Below are positions 1-11,910 of a stretch of 64,000 nt of DNA, one piece after another. The number at the start of each line of letters is the position of its first letter. Position 1 is the first letter of the stretch. The stretch is from positions 7,617 to 71,616 of the forward strand of contig JAFYXH010000012.1 of assembly GCA_017546315.1 (NCBI GenBank), read 5' to 3'. This DNA comes from Alphaproteobacteria bacterium (GTDB lineage Bacteria > Pseudomonadota > Alphaproteobacteria > RF32 > CAG-239). A program made the translations under genes and the position numbers. The notes beneath the pieces were generated by a model. The model had not been told where the DNA came from and made no database searches. It worked only from the letters and a program-made list of their open reading frames with translations.

Positions 1-1320
<1,320 letters not shown>

Positions 1321-1371
1321 CTATATTCCCTCTTTGTTTGGGGGATATTCTAACAATGTATGGTTAAAGAA

Positions 1372-2298
1372 TTATAAAATTTTTAGTTGCTTATGAAGAG
1401 GCTTATCTGTCCTTATATTAACATACTGACAGCTAAAACGTTTACAAAAACATTCCATGTCTTTGCGTTTTTTTGCAAAATATTGAAAATATACATCTTT
1501 GAAAGATGATGAAGTGGTATTAAATGAAAGTTTTTTACCATTATATTCGGCCAAATATTCTCCACTTAATGGAGGAACTTCTTCTATATAATCATAAATA
1601 TTTAGGCAGTATACTTTACATCTTTTGGTTAGAGCCACTAAAACTTTTTGTGCTCCTTCTGAAATGTATTTAAAATCGCTAACTACAAAAACAAGCGCTC
1701 TACTTTTGCTACTATATTCTAAAAGTTCTAATGGCTTTTTTATATCTGCTTTTATATCTTGTGAAAATGTTAATATCTGAGAACTTGCTTCTGAAATAGC
1801 TTTTAAGATAGCTATAAGATTTTTTTGACTACTTTGCGGTTTGAAGATACGTGTCTTTATACCATCATACAAAACCAAACCAAAACGATCTTTATTAGAC
1901 AAGCTTTCCCACCCAAGTAAAGATGCTATTTTAGAAGCTGATACTGATTTTAATTCTTTTTTGGTACCAAAAACCATATATGGAGATAAGTCTAATACAA
2001 CATAGACTTCTCTATCTTTTTCTTCTGAAAAAATCTTGGTGTATGTGTCTTGTTTTCGAGCAGTTACTCGCCAATCAATATCTCTTACATCATCTCCATA
2101 GCCATAAGCACGAACCTCTTCAAATTCCATTCCTCTTCCTTTGAAAGCTGACCGAATATTACCGGCTCTATCTGATGTAATATTATTATGTCGCTGTTTG
2201 ATGTAGGGAAGATATTTCTTTTGCTCTATGAGCTCATCTATGCCAACATAAAGGCCATTAAATTTTGTTGAGGTTTCTTTTTTCTTCCTAAAAAACAT
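1372..2298 (-). CDS. DUF58 (vWA-like) protein, MoxR partner
   Basis: Carries the DUF58 hallmark EFEEVRAYGYGDDVRDIDWRVTARK. Lies directly downstream of and co-oriented with the MoxR ATPase gene. Confidence 0.75.
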   Translation of the reverse strand: MFFRKKKETSTKFNGLYVGIDELIEQKKYLPYIKQRHNNITSDRAGNIRSAFKGRGMEFEEVRAYGYGDDVRDIDWRVTARKQDTYTKIFSEEKDREVYVVLDLSPYMVFGTKKELKSVSASKIASLLGWESLSNKDRFGLVLYDGIKTRIFKPQSSQKNLIAILKAISEASSQILTFSQDIKADIKKPLELLEYSSKSRALVFVVSDFKYISEGAQKVLVALTKRCKVYCLNIYDYIEEVPPLSGEYLAEYNGKKLSFNTTSSSFKDVYFQYFAKKRKDMECFCKRFSCQYVNIRTDKPLHKQLKIL

Positions 2299-2315
2299 AC
2301 TTTTTCTCTATGTAA

Positions 2316-3305
2316 TTATGGCAATGGAACTGACTTTAGAATGCTTGTAATAATATCATCTGCAGTTATACCTTCTGCTTGAGCTTCGAAGCTTAAAATT
2401 ATTCTATGTCGTAAAACATCATAAATTACTGCGTGAATATCATCTGGTGTTACAAAATCTCTACCTTCTAACCAAGCATTTATTTTTGCACATTTATCAA
2501 GTGCAATGGTTGCTCTTGGGCTTGCTCCAAACAATATATTACCTTTTAGAGAAGAATCGTATTTTTCTGGCTGTCTTGTTGCGATAATCAACTGAACAAG
2601 GTATTCTTCTAGTTGCTCACTAACGTGCATAGATAAAACTTCTCTTCTTGCTTTTAAGATATCCTCTACTGATATTTTTCCTACTGTTTGAGAAAATTCT
2701 TTCCAATTTTCATTTTGCTCTTTTGTGCATAGAGCTTCTTGTCTTACTAGCTTTAGGATTTTACGCTCTGTTTCTGCACTTGGTTGACCAATTTTGATAT
2801 ACATTAAAAATCGGTCTAATTGAGCTTCTGGAAGATTGTATGTACCTTCTTGTTCGATAGGGTTTTGTGTTGCTAATACCATAAAGAGGTTTGGAAGTTT
2901 ATATTGCTTTCCACCAACACTAACTTGACGTTCTGCCATTGCTTCTAAAAGAGCCGATTGAACTTTTGCTGGCGCTCTGTTGATTTCATCTGCTAGAACC
3001 ATATTAGCAAATATTGGCCCTTCTCTAAAATCAAACTCACAACGTTGAGCAATATAAATATCACTTCCTGTTATATCTGATGGAAGCAAATCTGGTGTGA
3101 ACTGAATACGATTAAAACTCGCTTTTACACATTCTGAAAGTGTTTTGATTGCTTTGGTTTTAGCCAATCCTGGAGCTCCTTCTAACAAAGCATGTCCATC
3201 TGCTAAAAGAGTTATTATCAATTTTTTTACTAATTCTTTTTGACCGATAATTTGGCTGTCTAAATATTTTTGTAAAGCAATAACTTTCTCTTTAACTTCG
3301 CTCAT
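2316..3305 (-). CDS. MoxR-family AAA+ ATPase
   Basis: Walker A GAPGLAKT, RIQFTPDLLPSDITG, Walker B/sensor region ADEINRAPAKVQSALLEAMAERQV. Size is typical of MoxR (329 aa). Confidence 0.85.
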   Translation of the reverse strand: MSEVKEKVIALQKYLDSQIIGQKELVKKLIITLLADGHALLEGAPGLAKTKAIKTLSECVKASFNRIQFTPDLLPSDITGSDIYIAQRCEFDFREGPIFANMVLADEINRAPAKVQSALLEAMAERQVSVGGKQYKLPNLFMVLATQNPIEQEGTYNLPEAQLDRFLMYIKIGQPSAETERKILKLVRQEALCTKEQNENWKEFSQTVGKISVEDILKARREVLSMHVSEQLEEYLVQLIIATRQPEKYDSSLKGNILFGASPRATIALDKCAKINAWLEGRDFVTPDDIHAVIYDVLRHRIILSFEAQAEGITADDIITSILKSVPLP

Positions 3306-3422
3306 TGTTCCCCCGATGTTTTATTTCTGTTCTAAATTTGAACAAAACACTTTCATTTAATAAAAAGATACTTTATGGTATTATATAAGATTCTAGGGAT
3401 AAAAAACAAGAAATATTGTGAT

Positions 3423-5828
3423 ATGAATAACATTTTTGATTTTGATGATAATGATGAAACATTTGGCACTGGTATTTTTGATAATATTAGCGCTTTAAAA
3501 CCTCAAGCCCCTTCTTTTGTGGATGGGTTGAACCCTGAGCAAAAACAAGCAGTATTAAAAACAGAAGGGCCATTGCTTGTTTTGGCAGGTGCTGGAACTG
3601 GTAAAACCAAGGTTTTAACCACTAGGCTTGCGCATATATTGAACAATGGAACTGCAAAACCTTGGAACTGTTTGGTGGTTACATTTACAAACCGTGCAGC
3701 AAATGAAATGAAGGAACGTGTTCGTAATTTTATTGGGGATGCGGTAAACTCTGTTTGGCTTGGAACGTTCCATAGCATTTGCGTTAAAATATTGAGAAGA
3801 TACCCTGAACTCGTTGGCTTGAAAGATAATTTTACTATATTAGGAGAGGACGACCAAAAAAGAGTTATAAAAAAGATATTACAAGATAATGGTATTGATG
3901 AAAAACAATTTACCCCACAAGCTGTTTTGGAAAAAATTTCTCGTTTTAAGGATAAAGGCTTTACGATAGAAAAAATCGAAAGCGAATATAAGGCCAATAC
4001 TACAACTCTTATCTACAAAGAATATCAATCTAGATTGTTAGAACTTAACTGCGTTGATTTTGGCGATATTTTGCTTTATGTTTTGGATATATTATTAAAG
4101 AATCCTGAAGTATTGGTTGAATACCAAGAAAGATTCAAATATATCATGGTTGATGAGTATCAAGATACAAACGTTACACAATATTTGCTATTAAGATTAT
4201 TATCTCAAAAATATAGAAACATTTGTTGTGTGGGGGATGATGACCAATCAATCTACTCTTGGCGAGGTGCTGAGATTGAAAACATCTTAAAGTTTAATAG
4301 TGATTTCCCTGAAGCTGAGACAATCAGATTAGAGAGAAATTATCGCTCCACCGCTAATATCTTAAATGCAGCAAGTGCTGTGATTAGCCACAACTCTAAA
4401 AGACTTGGCAAAACATTAAGAGTGGCCGAGCATAGCCCTGTATCTGATTGCAAAAATGAAAAAATCAAAGTAGTTAGCATGTATAGCGGAGATGATGAAG
4501 CTAAATTTGTTGCTAACAAAATTCAGAGCCTAAGATATGATGGTTTTGAATATGATGAAATTGCAATATTAGTTAGAACAGCTTCTCAGACAAGAAGTTT
4601 CGAAGAAGCTTTCATAAAAGAATCTATCCCTTATAGAGTGGTTGGGGGGTTAAAATTCTATGAGCGTGCTGAAATTCGTGATATGCTTGCTTATTTTAGA
4701 TTGATTTTACAACCGAGTGATGACCTTGCTTTTGAACGTATTATCAATAAACCCGCTAGAGGAATCGGCGACAAGACGGTTGATAAGATTAGGGATAGAG
4801 CAAAATTTGATAAGACACCACTATATCAAACAATGGTTAATATGGTGGAAGATGGTGAATTTAGTGGAAAGACACAAAATGCGTTGAAAAATGTTATTGA
4901 GCTAGTTAGCGAATGGAGAAAGATTTTGCCTGCACTTCCTTTAGGAGAATTTGCAGAGCAAGTTGTTAGCGAATCTCAATATATGGCAATGCTTGAACAA
5001 GATAAATCCGTTGAAGCTCCTGGAAGAATCGAAAACATAAAAGAGCTTCTTAACGTGATGGGAGATGCTGAAACATATCCTGACCTTGCTACATTTCTAG
5101 AACATGTTAGCCTTGTGATTGATAATGAATATAATAACAATGCAAACAAGGTTATTGTTTCCACTTTACATGCAGCAAAAGGTTTGGAATTTGATGCAGT
5201 ATTTTTACCTGGATGGGAAGATGGGATTTTCCCTCACCAAAAATGTATTGACGGAAATGATGATGAAGGATTGGAAGAAGAAAGAAGGCTTGCATATGTT
5301 GCAATAACAAGAGCTAAAAAGATATTATATATAACACTATCTTTTAATAGAAAGTTATATGGGCAGTGGCAAACTTATGCTCCTTCTAGATTTTTGAACG
5401 AACTCCCACCAAGTTGTATTGAACTAATCAACAATACTGGATATGCTAAAGTTGAAAATAAATCATACAGCGGAAGCTATGGTGGAGGCAGAGACTATTA
5501 TAAAAATAGCAACTCATATAATAATGAAAACTATAATAAGTATGATACTCCTTATAAAAAGAAAGAAAAGAGTGGGTATTTTGATAGCTATGAAAGTGCT
5601 GCATATGATGAGTATGATGATTATGGCTCACAAAATTACTATCAGAAAAAATCTCAAAGTGATTACTTCTATCAAAGTAAAAAGAAAAGTCCTTTGATTG
5701 GGATTAGAGTTTATCATCCAAGTTTTGGATATGGAAAAATCTTGAATGTTGATGGCGACAAATGTGAAGTAATGTTTGATAAAGTGGGTAAAAAGAAAAT
5801 TATGGGTGATTATTTGCAGAAATGCTAA
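3423..5828 (+). CDS. uvrD: UvrD/Rep/PcrA-type SF1 DNA helicase
   Basis: Motifs AGAGTGKT, MVDEYQDTN, VGDDDQSIYSWRGA, ERNYRS, LHAAKGLEFD, VAITRAK. The ORF track starts at 3375, but ATG 3423 (MNNIFDF) is the more plausible start. C-terminal Tudor-like tail IGIRVYHPSFGYGKILNV. Confidence 0.9.
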   Translation: MNNIFDFDDNDETFGTGIFDNISALKPQAPSFVDGLNPEQKQAVLKTEGPLLVLAGAGTGKTKVLTTRLAHILNNGTAKPWNCLVVTFTNRAANEMKERVRNFIGDAVNSVWLGTFHSICVKILRRYPELVGLKDNFTILGEDDQKRVIKKILQDNGIDEKQFTPQAVLEKISRFKDKGFTIEKIESEYKANTTTLIYKEYQSRLLELNCVDFGDILLYVLDILLKNPEVLVEYQERFKYIMVDEYQDTNVTQYLLLRLLSQKYRNICCVGDDDQSIYSWRGAEIENILKFNSDFPEAETIRLERNYRSTANILNAASAVISHNSKRLGKTLRVAEHSPVSDCKNEKIKVVSMYSGDDEAKFVANKIQSLRYDGFEYDEIAILVRTASQTRSFEEAFIKESIPYRVVGGLKFYERAEIRDMLAYFRLILQPSDDLAFERIINKPARGIGDKTVDKIRDRAKFDKTPLYQTMVNMVEDGEFSGKTQNALKNVIELVSEWRKILPALPLGEFAEQVVSESQYMAMLEQDKSVEAPGRIENIKELLNVMGDAETYPDLATFLEHVSLVIDNEYNNNANKVIVSTLHAAKGLEFDAVFLPGWEDGIFPHQKCIDGNDDEGLEEERRLAYVAITRAKKILYITLSFNRKLYGQWQTYAPSRFLNELPPSCIELINNTGYAKVENKSYSGSYGGGRDYYKNSNSYNNENYNKYDTPYKKKEKSGYFDSYESAAYDEYDDYGSQNYYQKKSQSDYFYQSKKKSPLIGIRVYHPSFGYGKILNVDGDKCEVMFDKVGKKKIMGDYLQKC

Positions 5829-5837
5829 ATAACTTTA

Positions 5838-7262
5838 TTATTTTCTTACATAGATAAATCCCATATCAACATATTGGTTTCCAAAGTTTTTAGGATCTAT
5901 TTTATCAACCACCTTGCAATTTCTTGTTGGGATATAGTTATCATTTAAGCAATTTGGGAATGTGGCATCTTTTAAGACAACTTTGGGCTTTCTTGCCTTT
6001 ATGATTAAGTTTAATTCAGGAAAAGATCGGCGCGGAAAAAGGTGTTGATGAATTCGTGATGTTGCAAAGTATTCAAACCAATAATATCCTGTCGCATAAT
6101 GTCTTATCCCACCTACAAAAAAGTTATTTATTATATAATCTGACGGAGAACTAACAGATATAATATAGCTATTTAATGCAACATTGACAGCTAAAATCGT
6201 GCCTTTCTTTATTTGGTAGGCATTTATAAAAACAATTAAAGACATTATTGGAAGCAACAACATCATTAAGCTTGCTATTTTCTTATATTTTTTTACCACC
6301 TCATCAATACTGATAGCAAAAACAACCATAAACAAGGCGTATGGCTGTATCTCGTATTGAGGATTATATAATTTGAATACTGTCACAATCATGGCAATAT
6401 TACACAAAACTATGGCTGAATACAATTTTATGCTGTGTGAAAATTTCTTAGAAGTAATGAGATATATGGTCAACAAGCAACTTACGGGAACTATAAAGTA
6501 TGATTTTACAGAAACTACAATCTTCAAATGGAAATTCAATATCCAACAACTTTCCCAATAATCTTGGAGGCTACCTATTTTATACAAATATGTTAGATAA
6601 CTTAGATACAACAAAAATGGAATATATAGAGCCTTTAATACATCTTTTAATAATATTTGCTTGCGGATTATTAAATACACTATACAGAAAAAAACTCCAA
6701 CTAAAGGAGCAAGTACTTTTTGCAAACTCATAAAACTAAAAAAGAACATAAGGAAAGAAACAAACAACAAATGAAAACTTTTTTGAGATAAATATTTAAA
6801 AAAATAAATTAGACCAATCATAAAAAACAATGTCATTAGTGTATCTGGTCTGTAATTTATAGCATTTTCTTGAATGTTTCTTATGTTAGCATATAAAAGA
6901 GGAGCTAATAGAGATGCTAATCTACTTATAGAAAACAAACGACATAGTTTATACATAGAAAAAAGTAGACTTAAAAAAATAATCAAGCCAATTATGCGTG
7001 CTAAGTATAACACTATTGCATCATTAAAAAATGGGTGTAATAAGAAAGCCCCTATATACCATAACAATCCATGATGGTGCTCAAAAAAATCTCTATATGG
7101 GACTTGGTCTTTTGCTATATTAAAAGAAACTTGCAAATGTTCAAATTCATCTAAACAAAACTCATTTAAGAATGTGCTTATATATACTGTAGCAATTGTA
7201 ATTAAGATAGATAGAATAACACTTATCTTATACAATTTAGAGATATTTTGAGTTATGTGCAT
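5838..7262 (-). CDS. polytopic membrane protein, GT-C fold (ArnT/PMT-like) glycosyltransferase candidate
   Basis: About 12 hydrophobic segments. The first loop carries CLDEFEHLQVSFNIAKDQVPYRDFFEHHHGLLWY, resembling the DE...Y.D...PL.YY loop of GT39/GT83 enzymes. Abuts the GtrA-like gene (TAA/ATG contiguous at 7262/7263). Confidence 0.55.
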   Translation of the reverse strand: MHITQNISKLYKISVILSILITIATVYISTFLNEFCLDEFEHLQVSFNIAKDQVPYRDFFEHHHGLLWYIGAFLLHPFFNDAIVLYLARIIGLIIFLSLLFSMYKLCRLFSISRLASLLAPLLYANIRNIQENAINYRPDTLMTLFFMIGLIYFFKYLSQKSFHLLFVSFLMFFFSFMSLQKVLAPLVGVFFCIVYLIIRKQILLKDVLKALYIPFLLYLSYLTYLYKIGSLQDYWESCWILNFHLKIVVSVKSYFIVPVSCLLTIYLITSKKFSHSIKLYSAIVLCNIAMIVTVFKLYNPQYEIQPYALFMVVFAISIDEVVKKYKKIASLMMLLLPIMSLIVFINAYQIKKGTILAVNVALNSYIISVSSPSDYIINNFFVGGIRHYATGYYWFEYFATSRIHQHLFPRRSFPELNLIIKARKPKVVLKDATFPNCLNDNYIPTRNCKVVDKIDPKNFGNQYVDMGFIYVRK

Positions 7263-7730
7263 TTAATTATCTTTTCTGAATGAGAAATATTTATGAATAA
7301 AAAATGTGGCTATTGTGATGATTATTACACAGCAAAGTTGTGCCGTTGCCTTATTTAGATTTGGAATCGACTGCAACATACTATTTGCTGACAATGTTTC
7401 TTGGATATGGATTAGCTTTACGAAAGTTGCAAGCAACCCTATATTTACAAAATATAATACGATATAAGAAGAAAAAGCTTTAGTATATTCGTGCCACCAA
7501 TTACCTGTGCTTTGAAAAACATAATAGCGCATTGTTGCTATGGATAAATTTATATTTACCAAGTTCATTAAAAACAATGACAATTGTTCTTTACCTTGAG
7601 TGAAATATAAAAAAGCATAATAAACTAAAAAAGACACAGTAGTATTGAAGCCACCTACAAGGATGAATCTTATTTTTTGGTTTAAGCGAAACCAAATTTC
7701 TTCAATACTTTTATACAACTTAATTATCAT
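7263..7730 (-). CDS. GtrA-family small membrane protein (putative lipid-linked sugar translocase)
   Basis: 155 aa with four hydrophobic helices and an N-terminal RFILVGGFNTTVSFLVYYAFLYF motif typical of the GtrA family. Confidence 0.65.
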   Translation of the reverse strand: MIIKLYKSIEEIWFRLNQKIRFILVGGFNTTVSFLVYYAFLYFTQGKEQLSLFLMNLVNINLSIATMRYYVFQSTGNWWHEYTKAFSSYIVLYFVNIGLLATFVKLIHIQETLSANSMLQSIPNLNKATAQLCCVIIITIATFFIHKYFSFRKDN

Positions 7731-7877
7731 TTTGACCTCTCTTAAATAAGAATGGCAGAAAAAAATTTATTTGCAGTAAAAAAACTCATTATATACTCTT
7801 TTTTGTGTGTAATTTAAACTTGAAAAAATATGTAGTTATGATAGAAAATTTAGGAATTTTGATAGGAGAAGTTTATT

Positions 7878-8165
7878 ATGGCAATTGATAATGAAACTGT
7901 AAGACAGATTGCATATTTAGCAAGACTTGGCGTTGAAGAAGATAAATTAGAAGAAACACAGCGTGAATTTAATAAAATTTTAGCGTGGGTTGAAGAATTA
8001 GGAGAGGTTAACACAGATAATGTTGAACCACTTTATTCTCCTTTTGATGAAGGAATGGTTTTGCGTGAAGACAACGTTGTTGAGGGAAAACAAAGCAAAG
8101 CTGTTTTAGAAAATGCCCCTGAAAAAGAATTTGGGTATTTTGTTGTACCAAAGGTTGTGGAGTAA
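7878..8165 (+). CDS. gatC: Asp/Glu-tRNA amidotransferase subunit C
   Basis: 95 aa, [19 protein letters not shown]...NVEPLYSP. Immediately precedes gatA. Confidence 0.9.
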   Translation: MAIDNETVRQIAYLARLGVEEDKLEETQREFNKILAWVEELGEVNTDNVEPLYSPFDEGMVLREDNVVEGKQSKAVLENAPEKEFGYFVVPKVVE

Positions 8166-8166
8166 G

Positions 8167-9624
8167 ATGATGACAAACTTAACAGAACTAACTATCAGCG
8201 AATCGCTTGAGAAATTAAGGAACAAAGAAATATCACCGGTTGAGCTTACAACTGCTTATATTGAGAAACTTGAAGATAATAAAAAGTATAATGCTTTTGT
8301 TACTACAACTCCTGATATTGCTCTTGAACAAGCAAAAGAATCTGAAAAAAGATATATGAACAAAACAAACAAAGCTTTGGATGGTATTTGTTTGGGTATT
8401 AAAGATTTATTTTGCACAAAGGGAATTAAAACTACTGCATGCTCTAAGATAATTGATAATTTTGTACCACAATATGAATCTACAGTTACACAAAATCTGC
8501 TTGATGACGGAGCTTGCTTTTTGGGTAAATTAAACTTGGATGAGTTTGCAATGGGTGGAAGTAATGAAACTAGTTATTTTGGACCTGTTGTGAACCCTTG
8601 GAGTAAAGATACTAAACTTGTTGCTGGTGGTAGCTCTGGTGGCTCGGCTGCGGCTGTTGCTGCTAACATGTGTGCAGGTGCAACAGGAACTGATACTGGT
8701 GGTTCTATCCGTCAGCCTTCTGCTTTTTGTGGTGTCACAGGTGTTAAACCAACTTATGGAAGATGTTCTAGATATGGTGTAATTGCGTTTGCTTCTTCTT
8801 TGGACCAAGCAGGTCCTATTTGTAAAGATGTTAGGGACTGCGCTTTGATGCTTAATAGTATGGCTGGATTTGATGCAAAAGATGCAACATCTTCTAGAAG
8901 AGATGTTCCTAATTTTGAAAGCATCCTTGGACAAGATGTTAAGGGATTAAAAATTGGTATTCCTAGTGAATATAGGCCAGATGGATTGAATGAGGAAATT
9001 GCATCATATTGGGATAAAGCTATTGAAATCATGAAAGAAAAGGGAGCTGAAATTGTAAATATTAGTCTTCCTCATACAAAGTATGCTTTGCCTTGTTATT
9101 ATGTGATTGCACCCGCAGAGGCTTCTTCTAACTTGGCTAGATATGATGGTATTAGATTTGGTAATAGAGTTAATGGCTCTAATTTGGAGGAACTTTATAT
9201 CAATACAAGAAGTGAAGGTTTTGGAAAAGAAGTTAAGCGCAGAATTTTGATTGGAACTTATGTTCTTTCTGCAGGTTTTTATGATGCTTATTATTTAAAA
9301 GCTCAAAAAATTAGACGACTAATTAAAAATGACTTTGATGAAGCTTTCAAAAAATGTGATGTTATATTGGCACCTACAAGCCCTATTGAAGCATTTTCTA
9401 TTGGTGATAAAAAAATGTTAGAAAACCCAATTAACATGTATTTGAATGACGTGTTTACTGTATCTGTTAATTTGGCGGGACTTCCTGCAATGAGTTTACC
9501 AATTGGGTTATCTAAGAATGGTCTTCCTTTGGGTATGCAATTTATTGGTAGAGCCTTTGATGAGGAAACCATTTTTAAGGCAGGATATCAACTTGAACAA
9601 ACAGTTAAATTTAAGAGGATTTAA
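8167..9624 (+). CDS. gatA: Asp/Glu-tRNA amidotransferase subunit A
   Basis: Amidase signature [13 protein letters not shown]...[16 protein letters not shown]. The likely start is ATG 8167 (MMTNLTEL), 2 nt after the gatC stop; the track start at 8113 overlaps gatC. Confidence 0.95.
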   Translation: MMTNLTELTISESLEKLRNKEISPVELTTAYIEKLEDNKKYNAFVTTTPDIALEQAKESEKRYMNKTNKALDGICLGIKDLFCTKGIKTTACSKIIDNFVPQYESTVTQNLLDDGACFLGKLNLDEFAMGGSNETSYFGPVVNPWSKDTKLVAGGSSGGSAAAVAANMCAGATGTDTGGSIRQPSAFCGVTGVKPTYGRCSRYGVIAFASSLDQAGPICKDVRDCALMLNSMAGFDAKDATSSRRDVPNFESILGQDVKGLKIGIPSEYRPDGLNEEIASYWDKAIEIMKEKGAEIVNISLPHTKYALPCYYVIAPAEASSNLARYDGIRFGNRVNGSNLEELYINTRSEGFGKEVKRRILIGTYVLSAGFYDAYYLKAQKIRRLIKNDFDEAFKKCDVILAPTSPIEAFSIGDKKMLENPINMYLNDVFTVSVNLAGLPAMSLPIGLSKNGLPLGMQFIGRAFDEETIFKAGYQLEQTVKFKRI

Positions 9625-9627
9625 GAC

Positions 9628-11091
9628 ATGTCTGAATATATTTTAGAATCAGCTAATGGTGATAAATGGGAATTGATTTGCGGTCTTGAAATCCATTGCC
9701 AAATTATATCTAAATCTAAGATTTTTAGTACTGCTTCTACTGAATTTGGTGAAGATGCAAATGAATGCGTTTCTTTTGTTGATGTTGCAATGCCTGGAAT
9801 GTTGCCAGTGCTTAATATGGAATGTGCTAGACAAGCTGTTAAGACAGGTCTTGGATTGAATGCCAAAATCAACAAATATTCTCAATTTTCTCGTAAGAAC
9901 TATTTTTATGCTGACCTTCCACAAGGATATCAAATTACTCAAGAAAAACACCCTATTGTTGGAGAAGGTAGAGTTGCTATCGACCTTAGTGATGGGGGTT
10001 CTAAAGAGATTGGTATTGAAAGAATCCACATTGAACAAGATACTGGTAAATCTATTCATGATATTGACCCATCGAGAAGTTTTATTGACTACAATCGTGC
10101 TGGTGTTGGATTGATGGAGATTGTAACAAAGCCTGATTTTAGAAGTCCTGAAGAAGCAGGTGCTTTTTTAAGAAAATTACGTTCTATCGTTAGATATCTT
10201 GGGACTTGCGATGGCAATATGGAAGAAGGCTCTATGAGATGTGATGCTAGTGTTTCTATTAGGAAAGTTGGTGAAACTGGATTTAGACCTAGATGCGAAG
10301 TAAAGAATGTAAATAGTGTTAGATTTGTTATGCAAGCAATCGAATCTGAAGCTAAAAGACAATTAGAGGTTTATGAAAATGGTGGTAGTTTTGAACAAGA
10401 AACTCGCCAGTTTGACCAAGTTAGTGGAGAAACTAAATTCATGCGTAAAAAAGAATATGCGCACGAATATAGACAATTCCCTGAGCCTGATTTACCTCCT
10501 CTTGTTTTATCTGATGAATTTATTGAAACAATAAGAAAAGGACTTGTTGAACTACCTGATGCTAAAAAGAAACGTTATGTTTCTGAACTTGGGTTAACAC
10601 CTTATGATGCAAGTGTCATTTGCGAAAACAAAGAAGTTGCAGACTTTTTTGAAGAGGCTTCTAAAGGTCATGATGCAAAGAAAGTTGCCAACTGGCTTAT
10701 GGGTGATTTCTTTGCTATGCTTAACAAGAAGGATGTTGATATTAAAAACTCTCCTGTTAGTGCTCTAAATTTGGGTAAACTTGTTGAGCTTATCTCTAAA
10801 GACGTTATATCTGGCAAAATTGCAAAAGATGTTTTTGAGATTATGGTTGAAACAGGTGGCGATCCTGAAGTGATTGTGGAAGAAAAAGGCTTAAAACAAG
10901 TGACTGATACATCACAAATTGAAGCTATTGTTGATGAGATTATTGCTAATAATCCTCAAAATGTTGAAAGCTATAAGGCTGGTAAAAACAATTTGCTTGG
11001 ATGGTTTGTTGGACAAGTTATGAAACAATCCCAAGGCAAAGCAAACCCTGGAGTTGTAAACAAACTTTTGAAAGAAAAACTAGATAATTAG
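9628..11091 (+). CDS. gatB: Asp/Glu-tRNA amidotransferase subunit B
   Basis: [28 protein letters not shown]-terminal YqeY-like [16 protein letters not shown]. Operon order is gatCAB. Confidence 0.95.
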   Translation: MSEYILESANGDKWELICGLEIHCQIISKSKIFSTASTEFGEDANECVSFVDVAMPGMLPVLNMECARQAVKTGLGLNAKINKYSQFSRKNYFYADLPQGYQITQEKHPIVGEGRVAIDLSDGGSKEIGIERIHIEQDTGKSIHDIDPSRSFIDYNRAGVGLMEIVTKPDFRSPEEAGAFLRKLRSIVRYLGTCDGNMEEGSMRCDASVSIRKVGETGFRPRCEVKNVNSVRFVMQAIESEAKRQLEVYENGGSFEQETRQFDQVSGETKFMRKKEYAHEYRQFPEPDLPPLVLSDEFIETIRKGLVELPDAKKKRYVSELGLTPYDASVICENKEVADFFEEASKGHDAKKVANWLMGDFFAMLNKKDVDIKNSPVSALNLGKLVELISKDVISGKIAKDVFEIMVETGGDPEVIVEEKGLKQVTDTSQIEAIVDEIIANNPQNVESYKAGKNNLLGWFVGQVMKQSQGKANPGVVNKLLKEKLDN

Positions 11092-11136
11092 TTTTTAAGA
11101 AAAAATTAAGTAATTATATAACTTTAGATTAAAAAT

Positions 11137-11166
11137 AAGGGCATCTAGTAAAAAGATGCCCTTATT
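11137..11166 (+). terminator. hairpin terminator after gatB
   Basis: AAGGGCATC-loop-GATGCCCTT followed by a T-rich stretch. Confidence 0.6.
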
Positions 11167-11251
11167 AACATAGTCATTAGTTTTATATCCACTTTATAAT
11201 GCTAAAACAGTATTTTATATTATTTTCGTATTTTTTAGAGAGGAGTAAATA

Positions 11252-11446
11252 ATGAATAAAGTAAATATTGCAAATTATGTGGTTTTTGATTTATCCAACA
11301 GATTTATTGGTCTTGAGAATAACCATATTGATAATGAAATTATTAAGATGATTGCTGATAATTGGCACAAAAAGCACTCTGTTGGCAACTTAAATAAAAA
11401 TGTGAAATACAATCATCATAATACTAAACAAAGTCTTTTAATGTAA
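11252..11446 (+). CDS. small hypothetical protein (64 aa)
   Basis: Strong Shine-Dalgarno GAGAGGAG upstream of the ATG. No recognisable domain. Confidence 0.4.
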   Translation: MNKVNIANYVVFDLSNRFIGLENNHIDNEIIKMIADNWHKKHSVGNLNKNVKYNHHNTKQSLLM

Positions 11447-11547
11447 TTTTTTCAAATTTCAATATAACAATATTTAGAGCTTTAAAATGCATAAAACGTC
11501 CATATTTTTAGTTTGTTTGACTTAAATAATTATTGCGAGGTGGTAAT

Positions 11548-11796
11548 ATGAACAAACAAGATATAGATAAACTAAAAGAAAATATGATTTTTGTGGGAAC
11601 AATTTATGACAGCTTTGAAGCTTTAGAAGAAACTCTTGGTAAACTCAAACTAGAACGGCCGTTATTTATTACACATATTGCGAAACTTGCTTTTGCAGAG
11701 GAAGTGTTTAAGCGAACTGAAGGGTGTGATGAATATGAAAAAAACGTGCCTCTAAATATAAAAAAGACCAATGCAGAAGATAGAGTATTTAATTAG
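11548..11796 (+). CDS. small hypothetical protein (82 aa from MNKQD)
   Basis: SD GAGGTGG precedes ATG 11548 (the track start at 11533 overlaps the SD). Followed by a terminator. Confidence 0.4.
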   Translation: MNKQDIDKLKENMIFVGTIYDSFEALEETLGKLKLERPLFITHIAKLAFAEEVFKRTEGCDEYEKNVPLNIKKTNAEDRVFN

Positions 11797-11804
11797 CTAA
11801 AAAA

Positions 11805-11833
11805 AATCCCTACATTGATAGGGATTATTTTTT
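11805..11833 (+). terminator. intrinsic terminator
   Basis: AATCCC-loop-GGGATT followed by TATTTTTT. Confidence 0.7.
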
Positions 11834-11865
11834 ATTCTTATGTTTAATATTATCTGTTATCAAAG

Positions 11866-11900
11866 CATAAAAAAAAGGAGCAACTTGCCCCTTTTTTTTG
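11866..11900 (-). terminator. terminator downstream of secF (A/T-flanked hairpin, possibly bidirectional)
   Basis: AAAAAAAAGGAGCA-ACT-TGCCCCTTTTTTTT. Confidence 0.55.
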
Positions 11901-11910
11901 ATTTTTAGCC

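Noticed and set aside
3503-3997. Long antisense or alternative-frame ORFs inside well-supported genes. This one is an example; others are 8530-8934, 9649-10059, 13037-13300, 15123-15551, 16844-17326, 31071-31472, 35182-35595, 45486-45782 and 49809-50297.
   Set aside because: They lie entirely within strongly conserved housekeeping CDS on the other strand or frame and have low-complexity translations with no motifs. They are shadow ORFs typical of a biased-composition genome.
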